Assembly (NCBI GenBank): GCA_964016885.1
Contig: OZ024740.1
Span: 193,130,001 to 193,194,000 of the forward strand
Direction: 5' to 3'
DNA length: 64,000 nucleotides
Source of the DNA: Eledone cirrhosa
Lineage: Eukaryota
Part shown: positions 28,852 through 43,215 of the stretch, piece by piece
How positions within the stretch are numbered: position 1 is the stretch's first letter
Layout of the letters: each line of letters starts with the position of its first letter
Translations under genes and position numbers: made by a program
The notes under the pieces: generated by a model
Told to the model about the DNA's origin: nothing
Seen by the model: the letters and a program-made list of their open reading frames with translations, nothing else
Database searches by the model: none

Positions 28852-29559
28852 GCAACAAAAAAACAACAACACCAACAATAATAAATAGCCTCATTTTTAT
28901 AATAATGATAACAATAACAGTGATAGTAACAAATACAACATTATAAACAGCCTCATATTTATTGTTGTTGCCTTCTCATTAGTAAGTTGTTGGTAGGCGT
29001 TCTCCGCCAGATGAAATGTCACCAAAACAATGGTTTTTACATATTGATAGTTACACTTGTGTTACTTGATGTGAATGCGTAAAACTTTTTTCCAGGCTAT
29101 AGATAACAGTGAACGATTGCTACTCTGGAGGACTTTACGGTTTCATGTTCAATTGTTGTGCGGATTCGCGGATGCCCTTGAATGCCATTGAAAAGAAATA
29201 GTATGTATGTTCGCAAGTAAATATGTTTTTATAATCAGAAATGTATTATCACCATCATTGTTACAACTGTTGGCACCGCTATGATTCTTGTTATGGTTGT
29301 TGTTGTTGTTTGTTACCTTGGTCAGCTCTACAAAAAAAAAAAAGAGGATCTCTGTCATTTCATCAATCATTCTACCGTTTTGCCAATATACAGCATATTT
29401 AGAATAATTTTATCAAATATCTATCTCATGTTTTACTCTGTTAGTGTTTAGTTTATGGGAAATTTAGCCGCTATATCCAGCAGATCAAGCAAGAATCTGG
29501 TTTGCTAAATTATGCCCATATAAATATATATATATATATTCGATAAGGGGGGGGGGGCA

Positions 29560-29592
<33 letters not shown>

Positions 29593-29599
<7 letters not shown>

Positions 29600-29945
29600 G
29601 TGAGGTTTTTTTTACAAAATGAAAAATAACCGAGGTGTCCTACACGAGTGAAAGTATAAAGAAAAAGAGATGAAATCGAAAATGCAACTGAAGTCTTATT
29701 TTTTTTTTAAATATATATATTTATTTGGTTCCTTTACCGGTTTCGCAGTTCTTCTGCTTTTCAAAAGGTGAGTTGAGATGGAGGGTCTGTGGTTTTTCTC
29801 ACATCTGAGAAAAACCACAGACCCTCCATCTCAACTCATATTTTGAAAAGCAGAAGAACTGCGAAACCGGTAAAGGAACCAAATAAATATATATATTTAA
29901 AAAAAAAATAAGACTTCAGTTGCATTTTCGATTTCATCTCTTTTT

Positions 29946-29952
<7 letters not shown>
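29593..29952 (-). mobile_element. fold-back HHR element with tail
   Basis: Arms 29656-29800 and 29805-29952, with a ~63-bp tail. A shorter sibling lies at 31342-31525. Confidence 0.9.
29731..29768 (-). ncRNA. minimal hammerhead, U3-A8 core variant
   Basis: Reverse complement: cctt-TTGAAAA-gcag-aagaa-ctgc-GAAA-ccgg-TA-aagg. Confidence 0.75.
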
Positions 29953-30019
<67 letters not shown>

Positions 30020-31291
30020 ATGAGGGGAAAACCCAAAGGTTTTTGCAGTTTTTACAAGTTCTATCATTTAACTCCACGCAGTTAATTTATAATCAAAATT
30101 ATTGGCCGTTTGGCAGAAACAAACATCCGGAGACGATAACATTAAGTAACAACCACGTTCGGTTATTTGTCTTTTCAGATAATTATGATGGAAAAGAATA
30201 TCTGTTTCGTATTTGCTGATTGTAACTAGTAAGTTTATTTATTCATGAGACATATTATGTAAATACAGTTGAATAGAAAAAGAAAATGAGGACATTTAGA
30301 TGGAGAAGGAAGATTTGAATGTAAAATGGGAAAATATAAAGAAAACAGAAAAAGAAATCGGAAGCTGTAGGGAATGGCCAGGAATCTAATGTCACAGAAC
30401 AATGGAAAGCAGGGAGGGATGTGTCTATAATTTGTTTACTTTGTCTGTCATATGCGAAAACAATGTATTTGCATATGTACATATATGTATATATATATAT
30501 ATATACATATGTGTTTTGTGTATGTGTGTGTGTGTGTTATGTATTTTCGTACAACATGTAAAGGAAAGAATAGTGTTCTATGAATAGTACAGAGCTATAT
30601 TATTACATAATAAACAACACAATATAATTATTCCATTACCAAATGTTTCTGGAAACAAGACCATCCTAACAGAAGCTTCCAGTACGCTTATCAGATGAAT
30701 TATTTGTTTTGTAAATAAAATTTGAAATTGATATCAAAAATGAAAGTGATGCTGAATTAAAATAACGCAAAAAGCAAGTGTACACACAGATTCAGATACA
30801 TGCACATAAAAATACTTGCGCGCATCCATACGTACATACACACATAGACGCACACACACATATGCATATATATATATATATGCATACACACATACATATA
30901 TACACATACAAACGCACATACATATAGACATAGGCACACATGTATATATACGCGTACACATACACATATATATACATATATACATTCACAGACACACACA
31001 CAAACACACACACACATAAACACACATATCGACAGTATTAGCAACTGGAAAGACCAACGGAAATACTCTCTCCTCGGTCCAAATTCACGAAAGTCGATCA
31101 ATCCTTTATATATAAATATATATAATACAAGGACGATTTGTTATGTCTTCATATATATATAAATATGTATATGAAGGCGTAAGCCCTGGTGTTTGCATCG
31201 CTACGGCTTCCTAAAAGCGTGTTTCTTTAGAAATACCAAATTTTTATTAAGATTTGTATAAAGCTATGCTTGAAGCGAAATCTTACGAAAT

Positions 31292-31341
<50 letters not shown>

Positions 31342-31346
<5 letters not shown>

Positions 31347-31525
31347 ACAAAGGGATGAAATCGAAAATGCAACTGAAGTCTTATTTTTTTTTTAAATATA
31401 TATATTTAAAAAAAAAATAAGACTTCAGTTGCATTTTCGATTTCATCCCTTTTTCTTTATACTTCCACTCGTGTAGGACACCTCGGTTATTTTTCATTTT
31501 GTAAAAAAAACCTCACTTTCTAATA
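31342..31525 (+). mobile_element. short fold-back element with tail, same family as 29593-29952
   Basis: Palindrome centred on tatatatata, with the same tail ending ctcactttctaa. Confidence 0.85.
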
Positions 31526-32980
31526 TATATATATATATATAAACAATTAAGTTAAAAATGTACATCCACATATGTATACTGAAATACTAGTATGCATATG
31601 AATACCCACACGTATACATATGTAGATGTACCGAGTTTTTCACTGGTCACTTTACTGTGAGTGTCCAGCTATTCTGTATGTAAACACACAGACAAACCGG
31701 TTTTTAGAGTCATACTGGTTTTTGAGGAAACACCTTTCCTCTATTCTCCAGAAAGCCAGACAAGGAATATTGAACTAGTTTCGATGTTGTTACATCTCAT
31801 CAGCAATATTTACCTATCTTCCGGCCTCTCTAGAGAATCGTAAAAGCACATATCGTTATATGCTTTTTCTATGAAAATTAGTAGTGGGCAGACTAATTTG
31901 CATAGAGCGTGAGTACGTACCGGTTCAACGGAGACGATAAAAACAAATAACGAAACGAAATTAAATTTCGTTTCGTTTGTAACTCACTTTTGTATGACTG
32001 ACGCTTAAACAATTAAGTTAAAAATGTACATCCACATATGTATACTGAAATACTAGTATGCATATGAATACACACACGTATACATATGTAGATGTACCGA
32101 GTTTTTCACTGGTCACTTTACTGTGAGTGTCCAGCTATTCTGTATGTAAACACACAGACAAACCGGTTTTTAGAGTCATACTGGTTTTTGAGGAAACACC
32201 TTTCCTCTATTCTCCAGAAAGCCAGACAAGGAATATTGAACTAGTTTCGATGTTGTTACATCTCATCAGCAATATTTAGCTATCATCCGGCCTCTCTAGA
32301 GAATCGTAAAAGCACATATCGTTATATGCTTTTTCTATGAAAATTAGTAGTGGGCAGACTAATTTGCATAAAGCGTGAGTACGTACCGCTTCAACGGAGA
32401 CGATAAAAACAAATAACGAAACGAAATTAAATTTCGTTTCGTTTGTAACTCACTTTTGTATGACTGACGCTTAAACAATTAAGTTAAAAGTGTACATCCA
32501 CATATGTATACTGAAATACTAGTATGCATATGAATACACACACGTATACATATGTAGATGTACCGAGTTTTTCACTGGTCACTTTACTGTGAGTGTCCAG
32601 CTATTCTGTATGTAAACACACAGACAAACCGGTTTTTAGAGTCATACTGGTTTTTGAGGAAACACCTTTCCTCTATTCTCCAGAAAGCCAGACAAGGAAT
32701 ATTGAACTAGTTTCGATGTTGTTACATCTCATCAGCAATATTTACCTATCTTCCGGCCTCTCTAGAGAATCGTAAAAGCACATATCGTTATATGCTTTTT
32801 CTATGAAAATTAGTAGTGGGCAGACTAATTTGCATAGAGCGTGAGTACGTACCGGTACATTTTTAACTTAATTGTTTAAGCGTCAGTCATACAAAAGTGA
32901 GTTACAAACGAAACGAAATTTAACTTCGTTTCGTTATTTGTTTTTATCGTCTCCGTTGAACCGGTACGTACTCACGCTCT

Positions 32981-32988
32981 ATGCAAAT
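32981..32988 (+). promoter_or_regulatory. octamer motif ATGCAAAT upstream of HHR, in every monomer
   Basis: Exact octamer ~93 nt before CUGAUGA. Equivalent motifs at 19856-19863 (-), 20295-20302 (-) and 44770-44777 (+). Confidence 0.45.
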
Positions 32989-33073
32989 TAGTCTGCCCAC
33001 TACTAATTTTCATAGAAAAAGCATATAACGATATGTGCTTTTACGATTCTCTAGAGAGGCCGGAAGATAGGTA

Positions 33074-33118
33074 AATATTGCTGATGAGATGTAACAACAT
33101 CGAAACTAGTTCAATATT
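33074..33118 (+). ncRNA. minimal type I hammerhead ribozyme
   Basis: aatattg-CTGATGA-gatg-taacaa-catc-GAAA-ctag-TT-caatatt. Five identical copies in the array. Confidence 0.9.
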
Positions 33119-33871
33119 CCTTGTCTGGCTTTCTGGAGAATAGAGGAAAGGTGTTTCCTCAAAAACCAGTATGACTCTAAAAACCGGTTTGTCTGTGTGT
33201 TTACATACAGAATAGCTGGACACTCACAGTAAAGTGACCAGTGAAAAACTCGGTACATCTACATATGTATACGTGTGTGTATTCATATGCATACTAGTAT
33301 TTCAGTATACATATGTGGATGTACATTTTTAACTTAATTGTTTAAGCGTCAGTCATACAAAAGTGAGTTACAAACGAAACGAAATTTAATTTCGTTTCGT
33401 TATTTGTTTTTATCGTCTCCGTTGAACCGGTACGTACTCACGCTCTATGCAAATTAGTCTGCCCACTACTAATTTTCATAGAAAAAGCATATAACGATAT
33501 GTGCTTTTACGATTCTCTAGAGAGGCCGGAAGATAGGTAAATATTGCTGATGAGATGTAACAACATCGAAACTAGTTCAATATTCCTTGTCTGGCTTTCT
33601 GGAGAATAGAGGAAAGGTGTTTCCTCAAAAACCAGTATGACTCTAAAAACCGGTTTGTCTGTGTGTTTACATACAGAATAGCTGGACACTCACAGTAAAG
33701 TGACCAGTGAAAAACTCGGTACATCTACATATGTATACGTGTGTGTATTCATATGCATACTAGTATTTCAGTATACATATGTGGATGTACATTTTTAACT
33801 TAATTGTTTAAGCGTCAGTCATACAAAAGTGAGTTACAAACGAAACGAAATTTAATTTCGTTTCGTTATTT

Positions 33872-33942
<71 letters not shown>

Positions 33943-33944
<2 letters not shown>

Positions 33945-34766
33945 CGGAATTAGTCGATCTTGGATTTACAGGAACCTAGCGTGGATGTTGTGTGCTGTGT
34001 GTGATGTATATCGTATGCTATACGATGTGCATTATATTTTGCATTCGGTCTCCGCGCTATGTCCAGTTCAGTCTAAAATATTTTCCTGAGTCCAACCATT
34101 TTCGTTGCTGCGGCAATGCGGCTGGATTGCCGATCACTATATTTCATTTGCAAAGCTGTGTAAACGTATTGTTATTACTCTGGGGTACTATTCCCTATCG
34201 AGTGCTAAAGCTACATATCGAATTTGCTTCGTTATGTAGCTTTAGGGAAAGAATGCGCGTGCGCGTAATAGGCTGTGGCAAAAGCTACTGACCAATTGGG
34301 TTAAGTCAATAGGGTGCGCTAGCGTGTGAAAGCTGTAAAGTGTGTGTGTGTGTAAATATATATGTGTGTGTAACTGTGTGTGTGTATGTGTATGTGTGTA
34401 TGTATGTGAGTGTGTGTGTGTGAAAGATAGTGGGCCGTGGAAGCTGGAATACAAAGGGTGTGAATGTTCCCCATAACGGCATTCCTATGTTTTAACGACA
34501 ATACAACTTTCTCCGGCTTAGCCTGTTCCCCCCTTTTGGAACTTTCCCCCGTTGATGCGCGTGAGCCCGAAATATTGGGTTAAATCTCCACTACGGTAAC
34601 CCTTCTACCTTTGTTTTGTTTTCCTTTTTCGTTTCTCTCAATTTTCACTTTTCTCCTATTTCTCACTCACTTCTTACCTCGAGATTTCCCATCTGCATTG
34701 TTGTGGCTTTCTAAACTACATATTTTACATATTTCACAATGCTTCAAGCAAACTTTAACACCCTCA
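33943..34766 (+). repeat. (TA)n-flanked interspersed repeat of unknown class
   Basis: Its 3' part (34580-34765) is a diverged reverse complement of ~437-670. Confidence 0.55.
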
Positions 34767-35395
34767 TATATATATATATATATATAAATAAGATTTCGCT
34801 TCAAGCATAGCTTTATACAAATATCTATAGAAATGTATATATATATGTATCTATATTTTATATTATAAAGTATAGGTACATCTCTAACGTTTCGCGTTCA
34901 TATGGTGGTCAGTTTATGTTGTTTTGATTGATGGTTTTCCTATGATGAATGTTTTGGAATATGTGATAGGTGGGGGGGGGGGACATAGTGATGAGGTGGT
35001 GATTGTGGGTAGCGAAGGTTGATGTGAGTTGCGGGTGTGTGGTATTTTGGCTTATCATAGACATTCTGGCTTGTACGTGGTGAGGCAGAGGTGCTGTGTT
35101 TGGTGTGGATGCGGTAGAGCAGTGCCTGATGGAAGATGGATCGGAGTTGACTTGTTTGTTTGGAAAGCATATTTAAGTTAAAAATATGAAAATAAATAAA
35201 TAAATAAAATCTGCCTTCCAAATAAACAAGTCAATTTTGGGTCTCTCACAGGGATACTCTTTTGATAATGGGTTTTTAAACCTAAACATGTTTGGGATTA
35301 TTAAATTTTGAAAGGTAAGATTCTTTTGTTATCTTAGCAATCTTGATTTTCTTTCTCGTGCATTGTATGGTTTTCCTAATTATTTGAATTTGTAT

Positions 35396-35461
<66 letters not shown>

Positions 35462-35511
35462 TGTGTTTGTGTGTGTGTATGTGTGTGTGTATGGGTGTGG
35501 GTGTGTATGCA

Positions 35512-35563
<52 letters not shown>

Positions 35564-36089
35564 TGTGTGTGTGTGATGTGTTTATGTGTGTGTATCTTCG
35601 ACATTCACGTGTCCTTAAATTGCTGGATTTGTACCGAAAATTGAAATAATTATAAGCATCTATAACCAGTCTAAAAGCAACAGAAACTACACAAAGCTTG
35701 ACGCATAAGGTTGGTTAGATGGGATATAAAATAATATCTTATATTTAACTATATATACGAATCTGATAGTATGAAAATGCATACACCAGGAAATTATTTA
35801 GTCTATTCAGATAAAATTAAGATACATATAAAATATAAAATGTAATAACCTCAATGTGAGGAAATAAATGGATATCGAATAATAAAAGTGGATTTTGGTT
35901 CAATAATTATCACGAAGCCGCCTATATATTGGCAGCAACATTATCATACTTTGATTCATGATAGAGTTGTATGTATGTATTGTCCCGGACACGTGATGGA
36001 TTCGTAAGTGCCGTACTGACATACGGCATTTCTTTGGCATTTTAACCCAGGTCCGAATATAGTAGATTTCTTCCAGAGAAGAATAAAAT

Positions 36090-36182
36090 GTTAGACAGAG
36101 GGGAAATGAGAATGATCGGCCCCAGTACTAGACTGGGACTTTTTTATGGACATCCACAGGATGAAAGGCAAAGTTGGCCACT
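36090..36182 (-). mobile_element. SINE fragment (OR-like)
   Basis: ccccagtac...ggatgaaaggcaaagttg is the reverse complement of the central domain. Confidence 0.6.
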
Positions 36183-38479
36183 AGGTGTATATGAAATTAT
36201 ATATGGCATGTATGTGTAAGATAAGCAAAGAATAATTCTCGCTATGATTATTCTAAGTTTTGGTTATGTTGCATGTATCTCAGTAAGTGTTTCTGGAATT
36301 TTATCCGTTATAGGTGTCGTTTACACACTCAGTACTTAACCAAGAATAAGCTATAGTTCATATACTTTTCTCTGCATGAAACAGTTGGTGGAGATGCTCA
36401 TTTGCATACTGTGTCCACTTGACCTACTTCGATTCCTTAGCAGTAATGGGCAATTATTAGATAATATATAGTTACAGTAATTTGTATTAATTGATCTAGT
36501 TAGATTAGATCTCAGAATGTCAAAGAAAAATATTTTCGATAGTTTTCTATTGCTTTAAGCCTGTATTATGCGTTTTGAATGAGGTTTTCCTGCTATTTGA
36601 AAACATAGAAAGGCCACTTATATATTCCCTAATTTTCCCACTAATGATACATTGCTCTGTAGTGTATATGATGGCCTAAACATTCACTGAAGCCTACATA
36701 TATTATGCTTCCCATTGCTCTCTGGAATGAAAGGTCGTTAACATTTCAAGTTGATTGATAACTGTTTACGACTCCAGTTGAGAATTTTGACACAAATTAT
36801 AACAAATTATAACAGATTCAAAATTAAATCCTGTAGGAGCTACATCCCCTACTCAGGTCTCATCATGTTTCTTAACGTTTCATTTTCGGTGGATAACTCA
36901 ATTTCGCCCTGATTGAAAACATGAAGAGTTGTCAAATTATAAAGCAATGAGAAATAATTATGAGGCAAATCGCACTAGAAGGCGATTATTTTAAATAACG
37001 AACATAATGTACTAAAATATAATTATATAAAGTACACTCAAATTAGAATTGTCATATTATTTTATTGTTACACAAAAAGCAATGCCGTATACAACACGCT
37101 CCAATTCTGTCACGAAACATTCTATTACACGTGTAAGAAGGAAGATGTAACATCATATAACCTACATAGAGAGAGATTTAGCAGCCAATCTTATTTATCA
37201 TAACTAAATGGCGATTTTCCAAACTGTGTCAATTTCAATTAATTTCATATAAAGTATGAAATGAAATACAACAAAAAGAGAATAAAAAATGGGAGAAAAA
37301 TTAGCAGATTTCCCTAAAGCAGGAAAACCTGTTTAGATTGATACTGTGTCCAACCAAAATAAAAGCCATCAATCAGACAATAGTTTGAAAATTGATTCAA
37401 TGCCACTTTTAAAATAATTGGGAGGAAAATTGGAATATTTCCCTGGCTGGCATCATTTACAATTGTTAAACAATACATAAATTTATCTAAATCTCATAAA
37501 ACAATATCGTTCTCCTTGGTTATTAATGGCGATTACATTGAAATACTGTTCACAAAAAGCAAAATCTCTTCTCGTAAATATTGCCACATTAAAAGATGAA
37601 AACAATTGACTATCTTGGATTTAATTTTGAAAATTTATTTCACTTAAAAGCTTTCGTTATACCGCAGGACAGGCAACCTTCCAAATATACCATATTGAAC
37701 GTTTATATTATAAATAACATTATTATTAATAGGCTTTTCTCAGATAAGCGTGTTTCAAATGGTATGTAGTAATAAAAGATCATGCAACGAATATGGATAC
37801 AGGAGTAATATATTTATATAAGCTTCATACAATTAGTGTTCTGAATACACTGTAGGCTCAGTATTATTGTTATTGAAGTGATTATTAGTAATATTATAAT
37901 ATTGGTTTTGTTTTCGTTATTGTTGTGATGGTGGCCCACGACAACAGTCAACCTATTTTGTATATTCTTTTACTTCTTAATTAGATTCATTCAATATACC
38001 ATGGCCATTTTCGGAAAATAGATATTTATTCAATTAGTAGCAACATTACAAGCCCCTATTTTCTCGATCAGTTTTGTCGAGCCACTAGGTTACGCTACTT
38101 TGTCTCAAACACGAACGCATGCACGCACAAAAACGCACGCACAAGCCAGGTCGCATAAACGCAAACGCACGTACACATATATCCAGGCAATATATACAAT
38201 AATTAGCTCCCTTTCTAAACCTCTCTACTGCCTTTGGATACCCACTGACTAGAAATTCATCAAAATGGCTGACTGAATATACATGTGCCTTTTCTGAAAC
38301 TATGTTTCCGTTAATTCCTTTTCTAAATCTCTATATTTCTGTGTTCGTTTATTTCTCATTCTAACTACTGATGAAGAACTACTGTCCGTCCGAAACGTAA
38401 CGACATGTTTGCTAATATCTCAAGCTTAAATCTCAGATATTGCTTCCTTGTATGATTTTTCGATTCCGTTTACTGTTTG

Positions 38480-38515
<36 letters not shown>

Positions 38516-38636
38516 ACAAGTGCTTTCAGAAGACAACACAAAACTTCAGTACACTGCGCATATAAATAAATCGAAATAACAGATGTAAGCTTTGTTCCAT
38601 TGCTATGTTTTTTCTGTTTTTTCCGTATAAATTCTA

Positions 38637-38694
38637 GCTGTCTGATGAGGTAATGACTGTTGCATGACAGTTATCACCGAAATGTATGTAATAC
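38637..38694 (+). ncRNA. hammerhead ribozyme (stem I partly decayed)
   Basis: gctgt-CTGATGA-ggtaatgactgt/acagttatcacc-GAAA-tgtatg-TA-atac. A second decayed motif lies at ~38363-38408. Confidence 0.6.
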
Positions 38695-38744
38695 CTAATA
38701 TGAATAAACGACGTTAATGTTAACCTGTTGACTTACACTTCTTG

Positions 38745-38781
<37 letters not shown>

Positions 38782-39159
38782 GTGTGTGTGTGGGGGGGGG
38801 GGGGGGGTGAGTGTGTGTATCTATACTCAAGTACATTGATTTTACGTTATACAGAGAAAGTATAGACGTTGTGCTTCAAGTACAATCAGCCAATTCGAAA
38901 CATAAGCAATTACTTTGTATCATAATCATCTCAAAATAGAAAGTGTCATGAGAAATACAATTACACCTGATGACTACAATATTTATCGATTTCTTTATTT
39001 GACATAGAATGTATATTATTTTTTATAGGAAATGCGCGATATTTTTGAATTCTTCTATGGTTTAATGTATTCACAGATGACTGTGATTGTCGTTAAATAC
39101 AGACCATTTGTATTTGATGTTTTGACGTATATATTAGAAATGTATTACACACACACACA

Positions 39160-39244
<85 letters not shown>

Positions 39245-39458
39245 GCGTGTGTGTGTAAGTGTGTAGATGCATGTGTGCGAGAGTGCACGTGTATGGGTAT
39301 GTGCGAGTGTGATAATCATAGAGAGAACGTTTTGAAAGAGATCGGAATCAGAGTGTGATTAACAATATATATAACAGGAATAGGTATTTGAGAATACAAT
39401 CACGGACTATATCAAAAGAAGCATATATGTATGTATGTATGTATGTATGTATATATAT

Positions 39459-39552
<94 letters not shown>

Positions 39553-39555
<3 letters not shown>

Positions 39556-39726
39556 GAGGTGTGTCAGAAAAGTCACAGAAAAAGGTTTGATCGCTGCAGA
39601 CAGCTAAGATTACAGTTACATACTCCAGGGGGATTACTTTGAAAGAGAAAACTCTTAGTGTGAAGTTTGGGTTTGAAATAAATCTTTTGTGACATCAGTC
39701 GTGGAACTTTTCTGACACACCTCGTA
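39553..39726 (+). mobile_element. mariner-derived MITE
   Basis: 21-bp TIRs tacgaggtgtgtcagaaaagt/acttttctgacacacctcgta in TA context. Internal ggggattactttgaa encodes the mariner C-terminal GDYFE. Confidence 0.9.
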
Positions 39727-39879
39727 TATATATATATATAGGAAATGAGTCAAGACCCCGGCGGCTGAACTCCCATCGTTCAGTACACATATTTTAATAG
39801 CTTTAAGATTTATCTAACATAGCCTAATTAACCTTATTTTTCCAGATAAATGATGACAAACATCAAGCTATCTCTGCAT

Positions 39880-40500
39880 ATGAAAAGGCCCACTGCACTC
39901 GTTACCCTAAAAGCAGAGTTTAGATATTTCGAGTTAACTCACTTCCTGAAAGTTTCCCGGAAGTTCGCAAAGAGCTGAAAGCCACTGACGGGGGTTCTAC
40001 AGCATTAGCCAAATGTGAAGCGCGTACTATGTCTCATAATACGATCAGAAGCCCAAATTGACATCAAAGGTGCAGAAACGTATCGATAAGAACGCCGGAA
40101 AGAAAGTTAGCACCATTGCTACGGAACTCAATGATTCATGGTCGATTATCGGAAGAATTGTGCATGTGGACCTTTGATACGTCATATGCGATACCGTGAG
40201 ATCAATTCCTAACCGGCTGATCCACAAAGTTATTGTTGAGTAAGCTGACCCATCAAACATCTGGGGTGCTTTTGATTTTCTCCGATACGAAACTTTGATG
40301 AGGACTAAAATATCAACCGAAAGAAGGAGAGATGGTTATACATAGACCGTCAAGTTGTTCTAACGGTCATGCACAAAATTTCTCCGGCAACTGTGATCGT
40401 TCTGGGAGTCGTGAACAGCAAGTGAGATGTCGTGCCCCTCAACACTGTAAATTCTTTGATGTCCGCCATAACTAGCATATTGTCCATACTAGATAAAGAT
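39880..40500 (+). pseudogene. Tc1/mariner-type transposase remnant
   Basis: KRIDKNAGKKVSTIATEL, IIGRIVHVDL and LIFSD; highly degraded. Confidence 0.5.
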
Positions 40501-40734
40501 TATCAGATTCGGGCAAGACATCATTTCAACGTATTCATTAAGTAGGTTATTTTCGTCTCAAACATGGTTCTACTTTCGCGACGTATTCCTCCTTTACTAA
40601 ATTCATGCAAATGTTCAGCTTTATACATACATACATTTAACAATCACAGATATTCACGCGTACATTTATATATATTTATAAATACATACAAGATGGCTGC
40701 AAACTCACGCTAAGAGCATTGGAATTGCTTGTGA

Positions 40735-41330
40735 GCTTCAGATGTGTGACGCTCGGATATGGCTTTGCAAACCTGATAGAAACTTCCACTCCTTCACACA
40801 CTGACGACAACTATGGACGACATTGGCGACTGCTATGGCCTTAGTTCTTGCATCAGGTTGCCTATGAAACTTCCCACGCCACTTCAGTCCTGCTACATTC
40901 TTTGAGGTATTTATTAGATTTGTCAATACCTTTGAGATCATAATTCACTGGTTCTTACTGAACATGGCTGCAACGGTGGCTCCTGAGACTAGATTTGCTC
41001 AAGCATATTTTTCCTCACTCAGAGCACACCAATTGATTGGAGAGACCGATTGTTTCAAGAGAAACACCAGGGCATTGCTTACGCAGGTTCCGTTTTATCT
41101 CGTTCTCTATGCGTTTGTTCTCAAATCATTCACCATTCTACGCTAAGTTTCTCTTTAAGGAGCTTCTATCTCCCAGTCAGCCACTATCAAACCAATCTAT
41201 TTTCAATTTGATTTGTGAGATGGTCTGTTACTTTTCCAAAGCTCTCCATACACAATTTCTTTCGGGATTCGATCGTCTTCCAATCTTCTGAAGTGTCCAG
41301 TCCGTCGCAACGACGTTGGTGGATGATACG
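40735..41330 (-). pseudogene. RTE-type LINE 3' remnant
   Basis: C-terminal CRQC...GLQSHIRASH zinc-finger-like motif. Confidence 0.55.
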
Positions 41331-41469
41331 TTAAATGCTCCAGCACTCACTGTTCTCATGGATCTCACTCACATCGCTGACCTGCATCTGCCACTTGATA
41401 CCCAACATCTTTGATAGGCCGTTTGTAGGCAATCCGTGTCTCACACGCATACAACAATGCTTACAGCAC

Positions 41470-42430
41470 ACATGCGGTTATACACTTTCACTTTTGTATT
41501 CATGATGATCCCAAATTCTTTTTAATTCCAACTTTAAATCCTGGTATCGGTTCAATTTCTCCTTCTTCTCTTCTTGCACTCTTCTGTCAAAGGGGCAGGC
41601 TACATCTACAATCAGAGATGATATTTTTTCCATGTGAAAAATCACTAGGACAGGGCGATTTTTTTCTAATTTCTTGTCTGTCTGTATTCTGAAATCCCAT
41701 AGCATCTTCACTTGATCGTTTTCTATCACCGACTCTGGCTTCTACTCATACAACTTCTCAGAATGTGGTAAATTATTTAGTTTGCATAAATGCCAGTGAA
41801 TCACTTTTCCTATTATATCATGCCTCCAGCCTTTGTAGTGAGTCTAGGATACGTGTTTACACTCAGATACTATTTGAACCACAGCCTCCTCTCTCTCTCT
41901 CCACAGAACCTACAGTGAACTAGCCTCCTCCATGTCAATATGGTGTTTCACCCACTTCGTGCTTTTTTAAGGATTTCTGAATTCCGTTTTCTTAAAAGAG
42001 GTGCTATGAAAGGATTTTTCATGAAGGTTGCTCTCCCTAGTTGTTGTTACTTCCTCCTTGGAAATCCCGTGGTGTATTGTATTCTCCTTCAGTACAACTT
42101 TAACCATCGACTCTTTACTCTGAGACACATATGTGTGCAGACTACTGTTCTACATTTGAACACATTCCTCTACGCTGGTAAGACCTCTTCCACCTCAGAT
42201 TTATTTAAGTATTCTGCCAACATCACTCCTCCTGTGGAACATACTGTCATTAGCTTTCTAGACTTTCTATCCATTTCTTTTTGCTCAGTAACATTCAATT
42301 TGAGAATTCCCGCAATATACCTAATGATAAACACAGTTCGAGAATTTACTACACTTATGACATTCCTACTATTTTGATGTGATTTTATAATGTTCCTTAC
42401 TCTCCTTATGTATTCAGATCTTACACACTG
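41470..42430 (-). pseudogene. R4/Dong-like LINE remnant (CCHC + restriction-like endonuclease)
   Basis: RFCGER..EC..WRHDNIGKVIHWHLC and END..LWDFRIQTD...NRP...IVDVACPFD...EKLNRYQDL. Confidence 0.85.
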
Positions 42431-43215
42431 TTCAACGTCATTTGATTGTCGTCCTATGCCAGGCTGAGTTTTCTTTTAGGGTTATGGCTGTATTGATTAG
42501 CAACCCGTCTTTTCAACCATATTAGTATTTTCAGTATCCTTTCTTTTCTTCCGGAATAAGGTTGTTTATTCGAGGGTGCTTGGCTAGTTTCTGCGATAAT
42601 ATTGCAATTAAATATTTGCATATAATATATCAATACACTGGTAAACAACACAGGGAAATTACACATTACAACGGTAGTTTAACTCTTGATATAGTAAGGA
42701 ATATGTCTTAACTTTTAGGGCGTTAGTCCTTAATCAAAGGAGGTTAAGATGAGGAAGAAAGGATGCAAGATTTGGATCATGTGTCTCTTTAGTTAACTAT
42801 TTCGAGGCAATGTTCGCGCACTACATATATATAACATTGAGGTAAAACTGTATGGACGTGTAAATATAAAGATAAGAAACTATAGCTGATAATAATAGCA
42901 TAGTTGAGGATGAAGATGATATTGGTGATATAGATGACGTCAAAAACGGCTGCGTTTACTATTGACAGGGTAAGAACATATGAATAAGAATAAGGCTGGG
43001 GAGTTTCCTAAATAAAGAAGATGTTGTTTATGATAAGGTGATGTGATGTGATACACTACATAATAACTCTTTCGGAGAGATCTATAGCTGGCTCCTACAA
43101 GCATTACTGTAATACTTATAAATATGCATACACATGCACGTAACGCCCCACCAAACAATCATACACAACCACGCGCAACCACGCACTTACATACATATGT
43201 GTATATTCATACATA

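Larger units (their letters stand above)
31541..33875. repeat. 466-bp HHR monomer array with central inversion (retrozyme-like)
   Basis: Units start at 31541, 32007 and 32473; orientation flips at ~32855. Copies are nearly identical. HHRs at 31766, 32232, 32698 (-) and 33074, 33540 (+). Confidence 0.95.

Noticed and set aside
31661-33689. Repeated 60-aa ORF MSSYSVCK...
   Set aside because: It has a GTG start, is antisense to the HHR, is interrupted by a stop in one unit, and recurs only because of the tandem repeat.
34545-34582. HHR-like motif (cccc..ttgatgc..GAAA-tatt-ggg)
   Set aside because: Too many core deviations to call.
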